Below, one piece after another: positions 18,356 to 30,150 of a stretch of 64,000 nt of DNA. How positions within the stretch are numbered: the stretch's first letter is position 1; each line of letters starts with the position of its first letter. A program made the position numbers and the translations under genes. The notes beneath the pieces are model-generated. The model saw only the letters and a program-made list of their open reading frames with translations. It did no database searches and was not told the origin of the DNA. Source of the DNA: Podarcis muralis (lineage: Eukaryota); contig NC_135659.1 in the NCBI RefSeq assembly GCF_964188315.1, positions 43,028,001 through 43,092,000 on the forward strand. Direction: 5' to 3'.

Positions 18356-19282
18356 ATGGAGTCTGCTTTTGGGGCTGCCCTGGTGTTGATGCTTGTGGCC
18401 ACGTCGGCCGCCCAGAACGACTGCTTTTGCCCAACGAATAACCTGGCGTCTTGCAGTTCGGAATCCGGCAGCTGCATCTGTACGGCACGCGGTTCGAACC
18501 AGAGGCTGGACTGTTCAACGCTGACTCCAAAATGTCTGCTGATTAAGGCGGAAATAAAAACCAAAAGAGGCAGAAGTTTTCCCAGGCCCGAGCATGGGTT
18601 TGTGGACAACGATGGACTTTATAACCCAGAATGTGATGCCATGGGCTTCTTCAAAGCCAGGCAGTGCAATCAGACAGATACTTGTTGGTGTGTGAACAGC
18701 GCTGGAGTAAGGAGGACCGACAAGGGGGATCTCAACATGAGGTGCAACGAGTTGGTCAGAACAAGCTGGATCTACATTGAGATGAAGCACAAAGAGCGAA
18801 AAACTCCCTTGTCTGAATCAGAAGTGGCAAACAGCTTCCGACAGCTCATCGAAAACCGCTATATGCTCCATCCGAAGTTCATCACAGCTGTTGAGTACAA
18901 GGAGCCATTAATCCATATCGACCTAAAGCAGAACATTTCGGAGAAGTCTTACAGAGATGTTGACATTGCAGATGTAGCTTACTACTTTGAAAAAGACATC
19001 CAGGGTAAACCCATTTTCCCACCCGATAATATGTTTGGTCTCTATGTCAATGACGAACCTCTAGATATTGAAGAAATCCTAGTATACTACGTTGATGACA
19101 AACCACCAGAGTTCTCTATGCAGCGCCTGACAGCGGGCATCATTGCAGTGGTGGTGGTGGTAGTCCTGGCCATTGTTATTGGGATAACTGTGCTCGTGGT
19201 AACCAGGAGGCGGAAGACGGGCAAGTATGAGAAGGTTGAGATTAAAGAGATGGGAGAAATGCGAAAAGGACAACATGCATAA
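18356..19282 (+). CDS. TACSTD2: TACSTD2 / TROP2 (intronless EPCAM-family type I membrane glycoprotein), 308 aa
   Basis: Single-exon ORF with signal peptide (MESAFGAALVLMLVATSAA), 12 Cys, thyroglobulin type-1 repeat (DNDGLYNPECD...QCNQTDTCWCV), PPEFSMQRLTAGII TM helix and basic tail KYEKVEIKEMGEM; intronless and located between MYSM1 and OMA1 as in mammals. Confidence 0.96.
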   Translation: MESAFGAALVLMLVATSAAQNDCFCPTNNLASCSSESGSCICTARGSNQRLDCSTLTPKCLLIKAEIKTKRGRSFPRPEHGFVDNDGLYNPECDAMGFFKARQCNQTDTCWCVNSAGVRRTDKGDLNMRCNELVRTSWIYIEMKHKERKTPLSESEVANSFRQLIENRYMLHPKFITAVEYKEPLIHIDLKQNISEKSYRDVDIADVAYYFEKDIQGKPIFPPDNMFGLYVNDEPLDIEEILVYYVDDKPPEFSMQRLTAGIIAVVVVVVLAIVIGITVLVVTRRRKTGKYEKVEIKEMGEMRKGQHA

Positions 19283-19954
19283 GTGCCTTTATTTGACTGT
19301 AGAACTAAGATTTTGACATGGGCAGAATGGAAAGAAGACGACAACATTGCTACCATGTCTTTTGAAGGTGGGGAGGGCACTTGGTTTTCTTTTTTAAATT
19401 AATGTTTAATCAAAGATAAAAGAAACAGCTTTGTAAAACGTCCACAATTCCAGATTGGAAATTATTGGGATATAGTTAGCATTTCCCTTTATGTGAACTA
19501 TGTGATAAAAATAATAATAATTTGAGATGAATATCAATGTGTTAGGGACAAAATCCCTGTACTGTACCCACTCCTGAACTTTTCCAGATCTGTAGTTTTT
19601 TAAGAAAACAATGTTCTGTAGCTACACGGTTAGTTTAATTTATTTTAACTGCATTTCTACATCTTTTTGGGGTGTGTTTATGTGTAGCTATCCCCCAATC
19701 CCCCGCCCTGTTCTCTTTGGCCCATGCTGCTAAGGTGTGTGTGTTCTGTCTGTGCATTTGAGACAGACTTTCTATCATTAAAAGTGTTGGAAAGGTTCCC
19801 TTCTTCCATTTAAACCTGATTGTTTTTTGTCTCTGATCTAAAATATTTCTTTTGTAAAATAGTAATACCTTCTGTGAACAAATGTCAGCGTTTACCATGG
19901 AACTGGTGTGTGTCTGTGTGTTTGTGTGTGTGTTTATAATGTAATCTTCATTGA

Positions 19955-19960
19955 AATAAA
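19955..19960 (+). terminator. Likely TACSTD2 polyadenylation signal
   Basis: AATAAA ~670 nt after the stop, followed by a T-rich tract. Confidence 0.55.
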
Positions 19961-21021
19961 TTTTCTTAACTTTAATCTGTTGCTAAGTTTCATGCTGTGA
20001 TTCTAAAGGATTTTTCCTCCCAGCATAGATCAGGCTGCCTGTGGTCCTTAACTATCTCCTGGTGTTTTAATGTAGGGGTAAGCTTTTTCTGTACTTGCTG
20101 AATTCCAGCTCTGGGAAAACTACTTGCCAGTCATGTAACTGGGTGGTGTGATATAATCAAACCATTGCCAGCCATTGCCATTTCTTGGAAAGTATCACCC
20201 GTTTTCATCTGGTGACAGCAGCTGCTGGTAGTAAGTGCACTGCTTGCTATCTAATCTTTGCCATCACAGTCTAGCTGGCAAGAAACCCCCGAAAACCTCT
20301 TTACTGTTTTAATAGACCTAAAATGACTCAGTACAACATAGTTGCATATGCTATAGAGTGTACTCCTCTTGTTAACTAACTTGTCCAGGCAAAATAGGAT
20401 CTTTCATGCTATTGTGACACTATAGATAGGTCATCTTAGCCACAAAGCCTCTCCCCCAAAGCAGTAAGACACTACAAGCTATTAAAATTGTCATTACAAA
20501 CTATGGTAGTCGTTACAGGCCACTACAATCTTTGCACCATAATCTGTAACCACTGCTGCTGAATGAACAAGCATTCCTCCATATAGCTGTGAGTCACATA
20601 TAGCTGTAAGCACAATGTTCCTTCGTTGTAGAGGCTGTCAAGTCAGAGGTACCCAAGTGATCTTAGAGCTTCTTTAAGATGTTCTGCAGAAAGGTTGCAG
20701 AATAGTTGAGAACATCTGTACTTGGTCCTGCTCTTAATTTTTTCTTTTTCCTGACAACAGATATCAAGTCTATTTTGAGCAGGGACAGAGTTATCAAATA
20801 AGCCAAAAATGCCTAGGGCCCATGCTTTTCATAATGTGGGTGGCAATGTTGCGAACATACAGAATACTCCTATTTCACTCCCCCAACAAGCAAGTGGGAG
20901 CAACGAACCTTGGTTTAGTGTTATGTCCAAACCAGGGATTGTGGTTTGTTTTGTTCCAAACAAACCATGACCATGATTTGAAGCCAAGGTTTGCTATTTA
21001 CTCACCAATTGCAGTTTATAC

Positions 21022-21077
21022 ATTTTGTTCAGAATTTTATTTTGTTCAGAATTTTGTTCAGAATTTTATTTTTGTTT
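21022..21077. repeat. Short tandem repeat of ATTTTGTTCAGA-like units
   Basis: ATTTTGTTCAGA occurs three times, interleaved with ATTTT. Confidence 0.75.
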
Positions 21078-23231
21078 TAAAATATATTCTTTGTATGCAT
21101 CTCTGGATAAGATCAAATAGCACCCCTGATACACGAAACAAACCACAATCCCTGGATTGGACATAACATTAAACCAAGGATTGTGCTCCTGCTTGCTAGC
21201 AGGGAGCACTAAAGTAATCTGAATGTTCATGGTAAACTATTGGCCATGTGACTTACTATGAATTGTAAATGTAGCCAATGTATCCAATGTATCCAATGGC
21301 TAATGAGTAAGAAAACAAGTGCAAGTAATCATAATTGTTTCAAAAAAGCAGAAAAAAATAATTGAGATTTGATGGGTTAGGAGAAGACTTTTGTTTCTGT
21401 GTGAGAGAGTAGACTAGGCCATACATAGCTACAGATGTATCAAAGTTTCTATAATTAATTAACCCCATCTAAAAGTGGATGGGCTTTGGTATTTCTGTGT
21501 ATGCCGTCAAGACTCAGTTGTATACGCTGCTAGGGGATAGAGAAAGCTCAGAGGTCATAAATGGGGAGGGATACAGTATATGCCAGCAATTAATCAAAAG
21601 AACAGAAAGATTAATTGCAGCAAGACATGCAGAGAACATCTCTGGCCATATGCCATTCTAGCTGGCATAAAGACGCAGGAAGAAACTGACTTTGACAAAC
21701 TCCACGTCCTTTCTGAGTCAGGTTGCATTCCTTTCTTGCAATTTCAACCTTCTCACCACTCCTACTTTTCCTCCTTTACCTACCTGTGGCTGTTATAATC
21801 ACATTCATTTTTAACTGGGACCTTGTGATGACTACCAGTGTTTTACCAATAATGTTCAAAGAGGTCTTTTAATTTCTTGGGAAGTGCATGAAAGGGAATC
21901 ATAGACTGTGAGCAAATTCAACTTACCCTTTCAATATGCTGAGTTGTAGACCGACTTCAATCCATACTTTAGTGAGTACTCATAGGACAAAGAAGCTATC
22001 CAATTACATCATCCACACACCCAGATCAAGTTCATTAGAGGTCTTATTACAGACCCATTCCAGTGTGTGATGAAATCAACCCGCAACTTGCTCTCTGATA
22101 AATTAATCCATAATAGGCATTGGAAAAGCCAAACCATTTACTGAGGCAGGAATGCTGATGGATAGCTGAAAGGGCTGGCTAGAGGTGGGTTTGGGGAAAA
22201 CCACTTTTATTGTATGTTATTAGACAAAAAAACCTGAAAATAACACTACAGGAGAATCCTAGAAGCTCTCTCCTCGATCTTTAGCCTTAACAACTTTTGT
22301 GTACTAGCAACTCTTGCTTTAATAACCTGCCACAGTCCACACTCCTTGAAATTGTTTCTTCTTTTTCACTGAATTGTTGGTTAAAGCCCCTCTGTTCTGC
22401 TTCTACTGTAGTCTTGTGTAGTCGTTTGTGAGAGTGGAAACTGCTCTTACCAGGACATCATTGGAGGTTGGTTGACTAGGGGGCATGGGGCACTGCCCTC
22501 AGCCAGCCCTCTTCACCTGCATCCCTACAGTCCAGGGGGTGACCGGAGCTGTTAGCTGCCTCTACTTTAGCCTCAGCTTTGCCCCTATAGAACTCAGCAG
22601 GAAGGACAAGGAGGAGAAGGGGGACAAAAGTAGAATTAGTTGACTATGACTGAGCCTTCTGTTGGCTTCCCAATTTTACATCCCACCAGTTCCAATAAGC
22701 ACTAGACATCATCAACAGAACTCCTGTGCATGACAGTTTCTAGCCTGTCATTCAATTGGGGAGATTTACCACAACACACACACGATTCAGGTTTTGGTGT
22801 ACCACCTGCCTTTTGAACATTGGCTGTGGGTGTCAAAAACTGAACTTGGTGCTAGGCCATGGGTTCACACAATTGGCTGATCACTGGCCAGGATGCAGTG
22901 CAGAGGGTTCTCAAATGCTTTTCCTGTGGCTACTATACATCCAGTGGGTCATGTTCTACTTCTCTGATCTATGTCACCCAAAAGCTGCTTTCTCCATGCT
23001 TACCCAGTGGGCAACATTCACTTGTTCTACGAATGTGGAGGGTCAGAACGGTTGCCTCATTAAACATGATCCAGTTGTTGCTAGAGCTGAAACCATCCAA
23101 CAAAAAATATTTCACTTTAATCAGCGCATAGTAATAGGTTTTGCACCCAGTTTCAGTAATAAGAAAAAATAGTGATGATTGTTTTATTGAAGAATGAAAG
23201 CCTCTTTTTGGGGATTATTTAAAGAAATATT

Positions 23232-23440
23232 ATAGTATGAAGAACCCATGAGCAGGATTTGAACTATGAGCAAAAGAAAGAATTAGAAATTATTGCATTG
23301 TGATTATAATATAAGAGACAGAAGATAGGGTGCAGCAAGGGGCCGAAATAAAAAAAGGGGAAGTTGATAAAACAAAAGACAAAAGTTATTATGTATTGGA
23401 ATTACATGTGAAATTTGTAGAAATTTAATAAACATATTCA
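23232..23440 (+). mobile_element. Probable L1-class LINE 3' UTR remnant
   Basis: A/G-rich tract ending ...tgtagaaatttaataaacat, resembling squamate L1 3' ends. Confidence 0.3.
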
Positions 23441-24368
23441 TGCTTTCTGATGAATTGGAATCTGGCCCACAGAAGTTTGGGCGGCAATAAATTTAATAGT
23501 TGTTGAGGTGTAAGAAAACTCTTTGTTGTTTTAGCAGCGCAATCATACTGTATATAAAGTGATCTCACCACATAGGAAATGGTTTTCTTGTCCTTTGACA
23601 TGCTTAGGAAATATATAGATATATCTAATCACAAGTGCTTTACAAAAAAGCTAGGTACATGACAGTTGGAACAGTTTAAGTAATTAAATAATCGTGATAA
23701 AATACTGATAAACACTACATAATTTATATCTTAGAGTTTTAACCACTTCTTCAGAGAATGGGTTGTAATATTAACAAATTGCCCCCTCAATTCCCTATTC
23801 CTTAATTGGGATGGTTAATACTATTACAGCAATAATCTTTCCCATGCAGGTACAATTACCCTTTTCAAAGCCTTCCCATTGATCTGTTTCAGGGTTTTGA
23901 TAAATTTCTAAGTGCCGCAATTACTTCATTTTAATGCTAAAATTAATCTTGAGATGTTACAATTGCCTATCAGAGCAGGAAGACTTGACTTTCCCAGGTT
24001 TTCTATATATATATATATTTTAGAAAATATTGTTTGGCAGCCGGAGCACTATTCCTTATGCCACAGTTTTGCCTCGTTAACATTTTGCACACGCTGAATA
24101 AGCTGACAAGATCCTCATTTTATTTTCATGAAGGTCTTTGCTCCCTGAGGGACAATACACTTAGAATCGTACTCCAGTACACTTCACTACCTAGGAAACA
24201 ATTATGGGGAGACACATGGTTGTTATCTAAATGAGAGGCAGAATGAGAATGGATTTGTAATCCTCCTCTGAGGTTTTAGAGATGGACCCCAAAAGAACTG
24301 GTGACATTTGCTCCCATTATTTCTCAGGCAATTTTTATTTGGAATAAACGTCTGTCCCCACTAGACAC

Positions 24369-24369
<1 letters not shown>

Positions 24370-24402
<33 letters not shown>
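24370..24402. repeat. (TG)n microsatellite
   Basis: Direct read. Confidence 0.95.
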
Positions 24403-24408
<6 letters not shown>

Positions 24409-26098
24409 AAAGTATTTTTTCTCACCGGAAGAAATATGCTGAACAACAGTATAATAATTGGATCTTTCTAGTAAATGGCCTGTTTGAATGGGGTCTCCAG
24501 TGCACAAAGGGTGGGGGGAGGGGAATCCTAGTTCCAATTCTCTCTCTAACCTCTGTCATTCCCTGAATATTTACACAGATACAGTACAGTTTCTTTGTAC
24601 AAGAATGTTAAAATCTGTTAATTCTTTCTGGGGACTATTGAACAATATCTGCAAGCATAAAAAGGTAGAGAAAAAACAACACGTTTTCACCTGTCATCTT
24701 TTAGTAAGCTATCACACTGGGGGACCTGGCAGCCAGGAAAAGTTTATATTTTAGTGTATTGTATAAACAGCACTCCTTGGAGGTAAGGTAAATTTCATTT
24801 GGGCTTGCATCTATCATACAAAGGGACTGCAATTGTTTTAGCAACATTTTATTCAGCCATTTCAGGGTTTTTCACACATACTCTCCAAATCCGCATTTTG
24901 ACATCCATAATCCTATGAAATTTTAATTCTGGAATTGCTACGCATTTCAGCAAAATACAATTTCAGCTCCTCCTGCTTTTTTCTGCCTTTTCTAGACACG
25001 GTGTTTGGTAGGCAAAGCAGACCTCCTGTTAATGAAATGCAGATGGTGTTTTTCTATTTTCTTTTCTCTTTATCTCAGGAGCAAAATGCTCGAAGCATAT
25101 TTTAAAGGGCTGCTATATTCCTGGATATACCTCAGAGCTTGCCCTTGGTAAAACCTGTAGCAGCCAAGGTCTATGTACAATATAAGGTGTCGGGTGTTTT
25201 GTATAGAAAATAATTTAATTCAATTGTCCAAAGGTTGACCTAAGGCCAGAGTCTCTTGGGGACTTTATTTTAAAAAGCTCTTTTTGATCCTCTCCTCAAA
25301 ATAAAAGGTGCTATGTCTTCATTAAAATTCACGAACAGCCACAGCCTTTAATAACTACTTATGTCTTTAGATCTAGCTGCCTATTTAAAGAAAACCAGCA
25401 CTTACACATTTCTAATTGTATGACTATACATGCCACATTTCTATATTAAGAGGTATTCACTATTGGATTTCAATGAAGCTATCCTGTAATTACTCATGCT
25501 ACATTTGGTGACGACTTCAGAATATTAATATGTAGGATTGCCAGTCGGGGTGTTTTAGAAAAGCAGGGTGCATAATGTGAATTCAGTACCATAACATAAG
25601 CTTCATACACCCACAATTGACAGAGTGTCTGTGCAGCAGCCACATTCGGATGGCAAGCTAAACCATAGTTTAGTGTGACAAGAATGAGTCACAGCAAGCT
25701 GAGCCTCTGGCATGTTTGAAATGGCATGTCAGAACCTTTCACTCTTCCATTAACCACAGTTTAGTGTGTTTCCCTAAACCAAATTGTTGTTCATTTTAAC
25801 TGTGGTTGTTTAAACAAGCAAACTTCATAGCCCATGGTTTTAAGGTTCCTTGTTTCAAACCATTATTAACAGCAAACACAATTGTTTGTTGTTTCTCACA
25901 ATATGAGAAGCTGGAGCTAAGCCCAAATGGATGTGAATTCCTCATAGCCAGGCTGGAAGAGGGGCAAGCCTGAGGCTCACTGTGGCTCGTTCTGGTTTAG
26001 CAATTTCCAAAGAAGGATTAGGTATCAATATCTGCAATTGCCAGGTGATTATGCCAAACTGTCTTTGCTGCCATTTTGAATCTGGATCTGCCCCATTT

Positions 26099-26203
26099 TA
26101 AGAACATAGGAAGAGCCTGCTTGATCAGGCCAATGGCTCCTCTAGTCCAGCTTCCTGTTCTCACAGTGGCCAACTATGGGAAAGCCTTAAAGGAGGACAT
26201 GTG
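26099..26203 (-). mobile_element. CR1 LINE 3'-end fragment
   Basis: aagaacataggaagagcctgcttgatcaggccaatggctcctctagtccagcttcctgttctcacagtggccaac is the typical reverse-strand CR1 tail; other CR1 tails at ~10226-10285 (-) and ~29203-29252 (+). Confidence 0.65.
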
Positions 26204-26787
26204 AACAGGAAGTCTCTCAGGGTGGGTGTCATACCCCCTGTGAAGACATCTTGGCAGGGCTGGTCCAAGGGGGATGACGAATGGGAAGAGTGCCTGGCGT
26301 TGGGGAGGGGCCAAGTGGTCTGTTGGGAGAAAGCAACACCCCAGTGGCATTGGATGTTCCAGCTGTGGAGGGAGAGCCATCTGATCCAGTCTCCACCCTG
26401 CCTTGAAGCTTTTCCCACCTCGAGGAAGGTTTCTGAGCCTAGGTCGGACAATGAAATGCATGCACCGCTCCATCTCTAAGGACATTCCATTGGCCGTGTC
26501 AGCACCAGCAGAGCCAGCCTACTTGCAGGAGCGCCTGCTTGCCTGCCCAGTCTTTGGTAAGAGAACAACACAAATGACCGCACCTGCCCTGCTCTTCAAA
26601 AGGTGGGTCAAGCATGTGTGTCGAGTGTTGAGACATCTTAGCCATTCATCTTAGAGCGCTTTTGAACTCCTGACCTGTGTACCTGTAACCTGACCTATTT
26701 TTAGACCCTGCAGAGAATTTTGCAATAAAGCCTTTGGCAATAAAGTTGAAAGTTCAAGTACTGTGTCTATGAGTGGGAGCCAAAACA
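26200..26787 (+). mobile_element. Possible solo LTR abutting the CR1 fragment
   Basis: TG...CA bounded ~590 bp with two AATAAA (26724, 26739) near the 3' end; no TSD recovered. Confidence 0.35.
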
Positions 26788-29016
26788 GTGGGTCTCAGTA
26801 ATTTTTAGCTGTCTCTGGTGAGAACTCCAGTATCTGAACCAGGCCACAGTCTGCAAATGTGAAGGTGTGGACTGCAATCCTAGGAGCATTTGAAAGCACA
26901 TTTATAAAACATGTCTTCCCCTAAAGAAACCTGGGAACTATCATTTAACCCCTGCAGCTGCAATTTCCCTGCACCCTGAACAAACGAGAGTTCCCAGGAT
27001 TCTTTGGGAGAAGTACAGTAATAGGCTTTAATATATGGTGTGGATGCGAGCCTATACTTGTTTGCCCTGGAGTATGCCCCATTGAGTTCAGTGGAACTTT
27101 TCCCCAGAAAGGAGTGTATAAGATTCAGCCTGAGTAGCGGGTGCTAAAAGAACCAGGGAGTTTTAGTGTCAGGACTGGCAGCTTGACAGCTGCAGCTAAT
27201 ATTTTATTGCAAGCCTCATAATTTTATGCCACAATTATTTTTTAAGAAACTCAGCTCCCAGAGCTACTTATTTCAGGTTCATGGGCAATATCTCCTTTCT
27301 TGTTTGCAAATGTCATCTTCAAAAGCAATGCATAAATATATCTCTAAATATTCAAAATCTCAGTTCCAAATCTGTAGAGTAAACCTGTTCCTTACTGCTC
27401 TATAAATATTTCACAGTGGTTTAACATTCTTATTATTTTATGAATACTTAATGAAAGATAAGCATTTTTTTGAAAATAGAGGAGCTAATGACTTGTAAGG
27501 TTATGCCATCCGTCTGGCTGAAGGGCTGACAGGATGCAAACATGACTTGACAATGGAGATAGTGTTGTTTGCTGTTTCCAAGATTCCCTAGAATAACTAT
27601 CACGGCTTCATATTTATGAATAAGGCACAGGAGAACTAAACCCACCACCTTCCTTTTAAGGTGATATGAGGGCCCTAGTTCAGTTCCCAAAATAGCCGCC
27701 CCTTCCTCCCAAAAGGAACAAATGGAATAAAGTCTCACAAAATAAGTCTTGTGGTTTATTATCACAAAAGCTTTCATGGGCTACAAAAAGTACTTGTGAG
27801 TCTGTTCAGCTGCACAATCATCAGCAAACCACAAATGAAAAGCATTTCCCCAACCCTGATAAACAAAAAGAAAACACCATGAGCATGTGTAGTTTCACAT
27901 TTTAAACTCACTTAACTTGTCCTTGTTTTTGCTCACTTCCTACCTTAGGCTATTCACCAACTCTCAGCCTAACCTACGTCATAATGGCTGTTGTGAAGAT
28001 ACAGAAGAAGGTGTAACACAGCTGCAAAAGGGAATTTAGTGCTTGCATCATTTATTTTGTTTACATATTTATAAACCATACTTTCCTATGAAAGATCACA
28101 AGGTGGCGTTTTGAGTTTGCTCCCAGGTTGGTGGGGGACTGTGGAAAGCAGAGTGATCTGCTTCCATGAGCCGCTTTGGGCAGGGGTTGGCTGCGCTGCC
28201 AAGTTCTCCATGGGGAACTTAGTAGCACAGCTGAACCCGACAGGATCACTCTCATTGCCAGTGACAAGAAGCCTCTGTTGTCGGGGCACTTTAAGGCTCC
28301 TGATGGTGCAAAGGCAGCTGTGTTTCTACCAGCCCCCCTCTTCATGTTGCAGGTGTGGGGCAGGTGGGCATGGTTTTGGGGAAATGGTTTTGTGCCCCAA
28401 ACTGGAACCCATGCTGAGCCAAATTAGTCCTGCAGGTCAGAGGTTTCCCACCCCTGAGCTGAGTGAGCCTACTGCATCTCTGCTTTCAACCCCTCAAAAC
28501 TTTTCGCAGCTCACTGCTTGGTTCCTTTAATGCCTCCTTAGCTCACAAGTAAACTCTGGTTCTGTATTGGATGACAGGCCAAGGGCAAGAAAGTATAACT
28601 GATGTGCTCCTCCTAGGCTCTAATTAGAGTATGCTCTGGACCCTGCAGCCACTGAAAAGTACCCTCTTCACACAATGGTCCATTATGGCATAACTTGGCC
28701 AACTACTTGTTTGTCTTCCCCTAATTTTGAAATCCAGATGTCCAGAAGGAGAAAAATCTCTGTCCTCCCTTGCAACAGGAAAGGCTGTTTATGAGCCACC
28801 GTTTAAAGGTTTCTTCCATTTGATTTCTCCAGTGCTCCTGGGCTATGGGAAAGCCACCACACGGGGACATTTATTTCCCAGTGTTACCTAGTTGCATGTA
28901 AATGCACTTGCATTATGGGTGTGCCCATTTGAGGGTAGTGTAAGTGCCCCAACACACTTCTGAACCATCCATCGCTGGTGTACTAATGGAAATAGCAGCA
29001 GATCCGCATCTGGCAA

Positions 29017-29147
29017 GCATGGGCGTAGCCAGGACTTTTGCTGGGGGAGGGGACGCAAAACCGACGTGATTGGTCAGTTAGTTAAGTATTTCTATTGTTT
29101 TATTTGATCTGGGGGGCACAGCAGCACCCCCTTGGCCACGCCCATGC
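29017..29147. mobile_element. Small MITE (PIF/Harbinger-like termini) just upstream of the OMA1 promoter
   Basis: Inverted termini GCATGGGCGTAGCCAGG / CTTGGCCACGCCCATGC (2 mismatches in 17). Confidence 0.55.
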
Positions 29148-29249
29148 TGACAAGCACATTTAAAAACCTGGTTCTACACATGCCACCGAATATGACATTG
29201 CAGGGAGTTGAACTGGATGACCCTCGGGGTCCCTTCGTTACAGTTCTAT

Positions 29250-30150
29250 GACTGCATTCCATCACTCCGGACTGCCGGTAGGTAGGTGCAGAATCACAGC
29301 TCCGAATCTACTCCACGCTCAACTCGCTGACAGTAAACACAGCGGCTGGAGGCGGCCTTCTCTCGGTCGCGAAACAGGGAAACTCCGCCACCGATTGGCT
29401 CCCTCCCCAGCCCGGAAGGAAAGGCAAGCGGCCGCCCCAGCCGTAGAGCGCCGGGGGAAGAGGCCGCTTGGCGAGGCCTGGCGCACGGGGAGGGCGAAGG
29501 GCGCGCCTCTCCGCGGCCAAAGGGTCCCAGAGGTCGCCACTGCGTCTTTACGCGCAGCGCCCCTTCTTCTTTCCAGGGTCGGGTGGGCGGCAAGTAAGGG
29601 GAAAGCGCTGGTATCTCAAGCCACCCCCATTACGTCTTTACTTGCTGGGGGGGTCGCCAGCCAACGGAGCAGAGGATCTTGCTCCTCCCCCCCCCCCTCC
29701 GCGCCTCGTCTCTGACTTAAGCTTTTGGCAACCTCGCCTCCTCCTCCTGGAACCAGTTTGTTCTGTCGCGGCTGGTAGGTGACGGGAGTGGCGATGGCGG
29801 GGGAAAGGCAGTTACAAGGAGGCGTCCCGCTTGCTCTCCATTGGCTCCGGTTTCCCTGCTGCTGCGTCTTCTTCGGAAGGCGTTTCCCCTTCCTGCCCTC
29901 GCAGCGTCTCCTGTTGACGTTGGCCAAAGAGGCTCAGGTGGCGCAGGGAGGCGGCGGGTCGGTTCCCCCGCGGCTCTTCTGCGCCAAGGGAAACATGAGT
30001 TCTGCTCGCATGGCGCAGGAGAGAGGGTGTGCGTGTCCTTCCTCGCCTTCGAGCCTAGGAGCTGAAGGAGACCCCGGGGCACCACTTGCAATGGGTGCTT
30101 CTGGAGCCACAGGGGCCCGTAGCTGGAAAGATCTTGGAAGTTAAAAGCGT
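29250..30150 (+). promoter_or_regulatory. OMA1: CpG island / OMA1 promoter and non-coding first exon
   Basis: Abrupt GC- and CpG-rich block with GC-box-like ACTCCGCC, reverse CCAAT (GATTGG) and ETS CCGGAAG at ~29383-29420; no ATG between ~29440 and 29774; candidate donors at 29594 and 29775; first coding exon 2.3 kb downstream. Confidence 0.8.

Noticed and set aside
18356-19282. Calling this gene EPCAM
   Set aside because: EPCAM is multi-exon; this gene is intronless and sits in the MYSM1-OMA1 interval characteristic of TACSTD2
29248-30144. Several overlapping 70-155 aa ORFs in the CpG island
   Set aside because: Arg/Pro/Ala/Gly-rich products on both strands are expected from stop-poor GC-rich DNA; no recognisable domain
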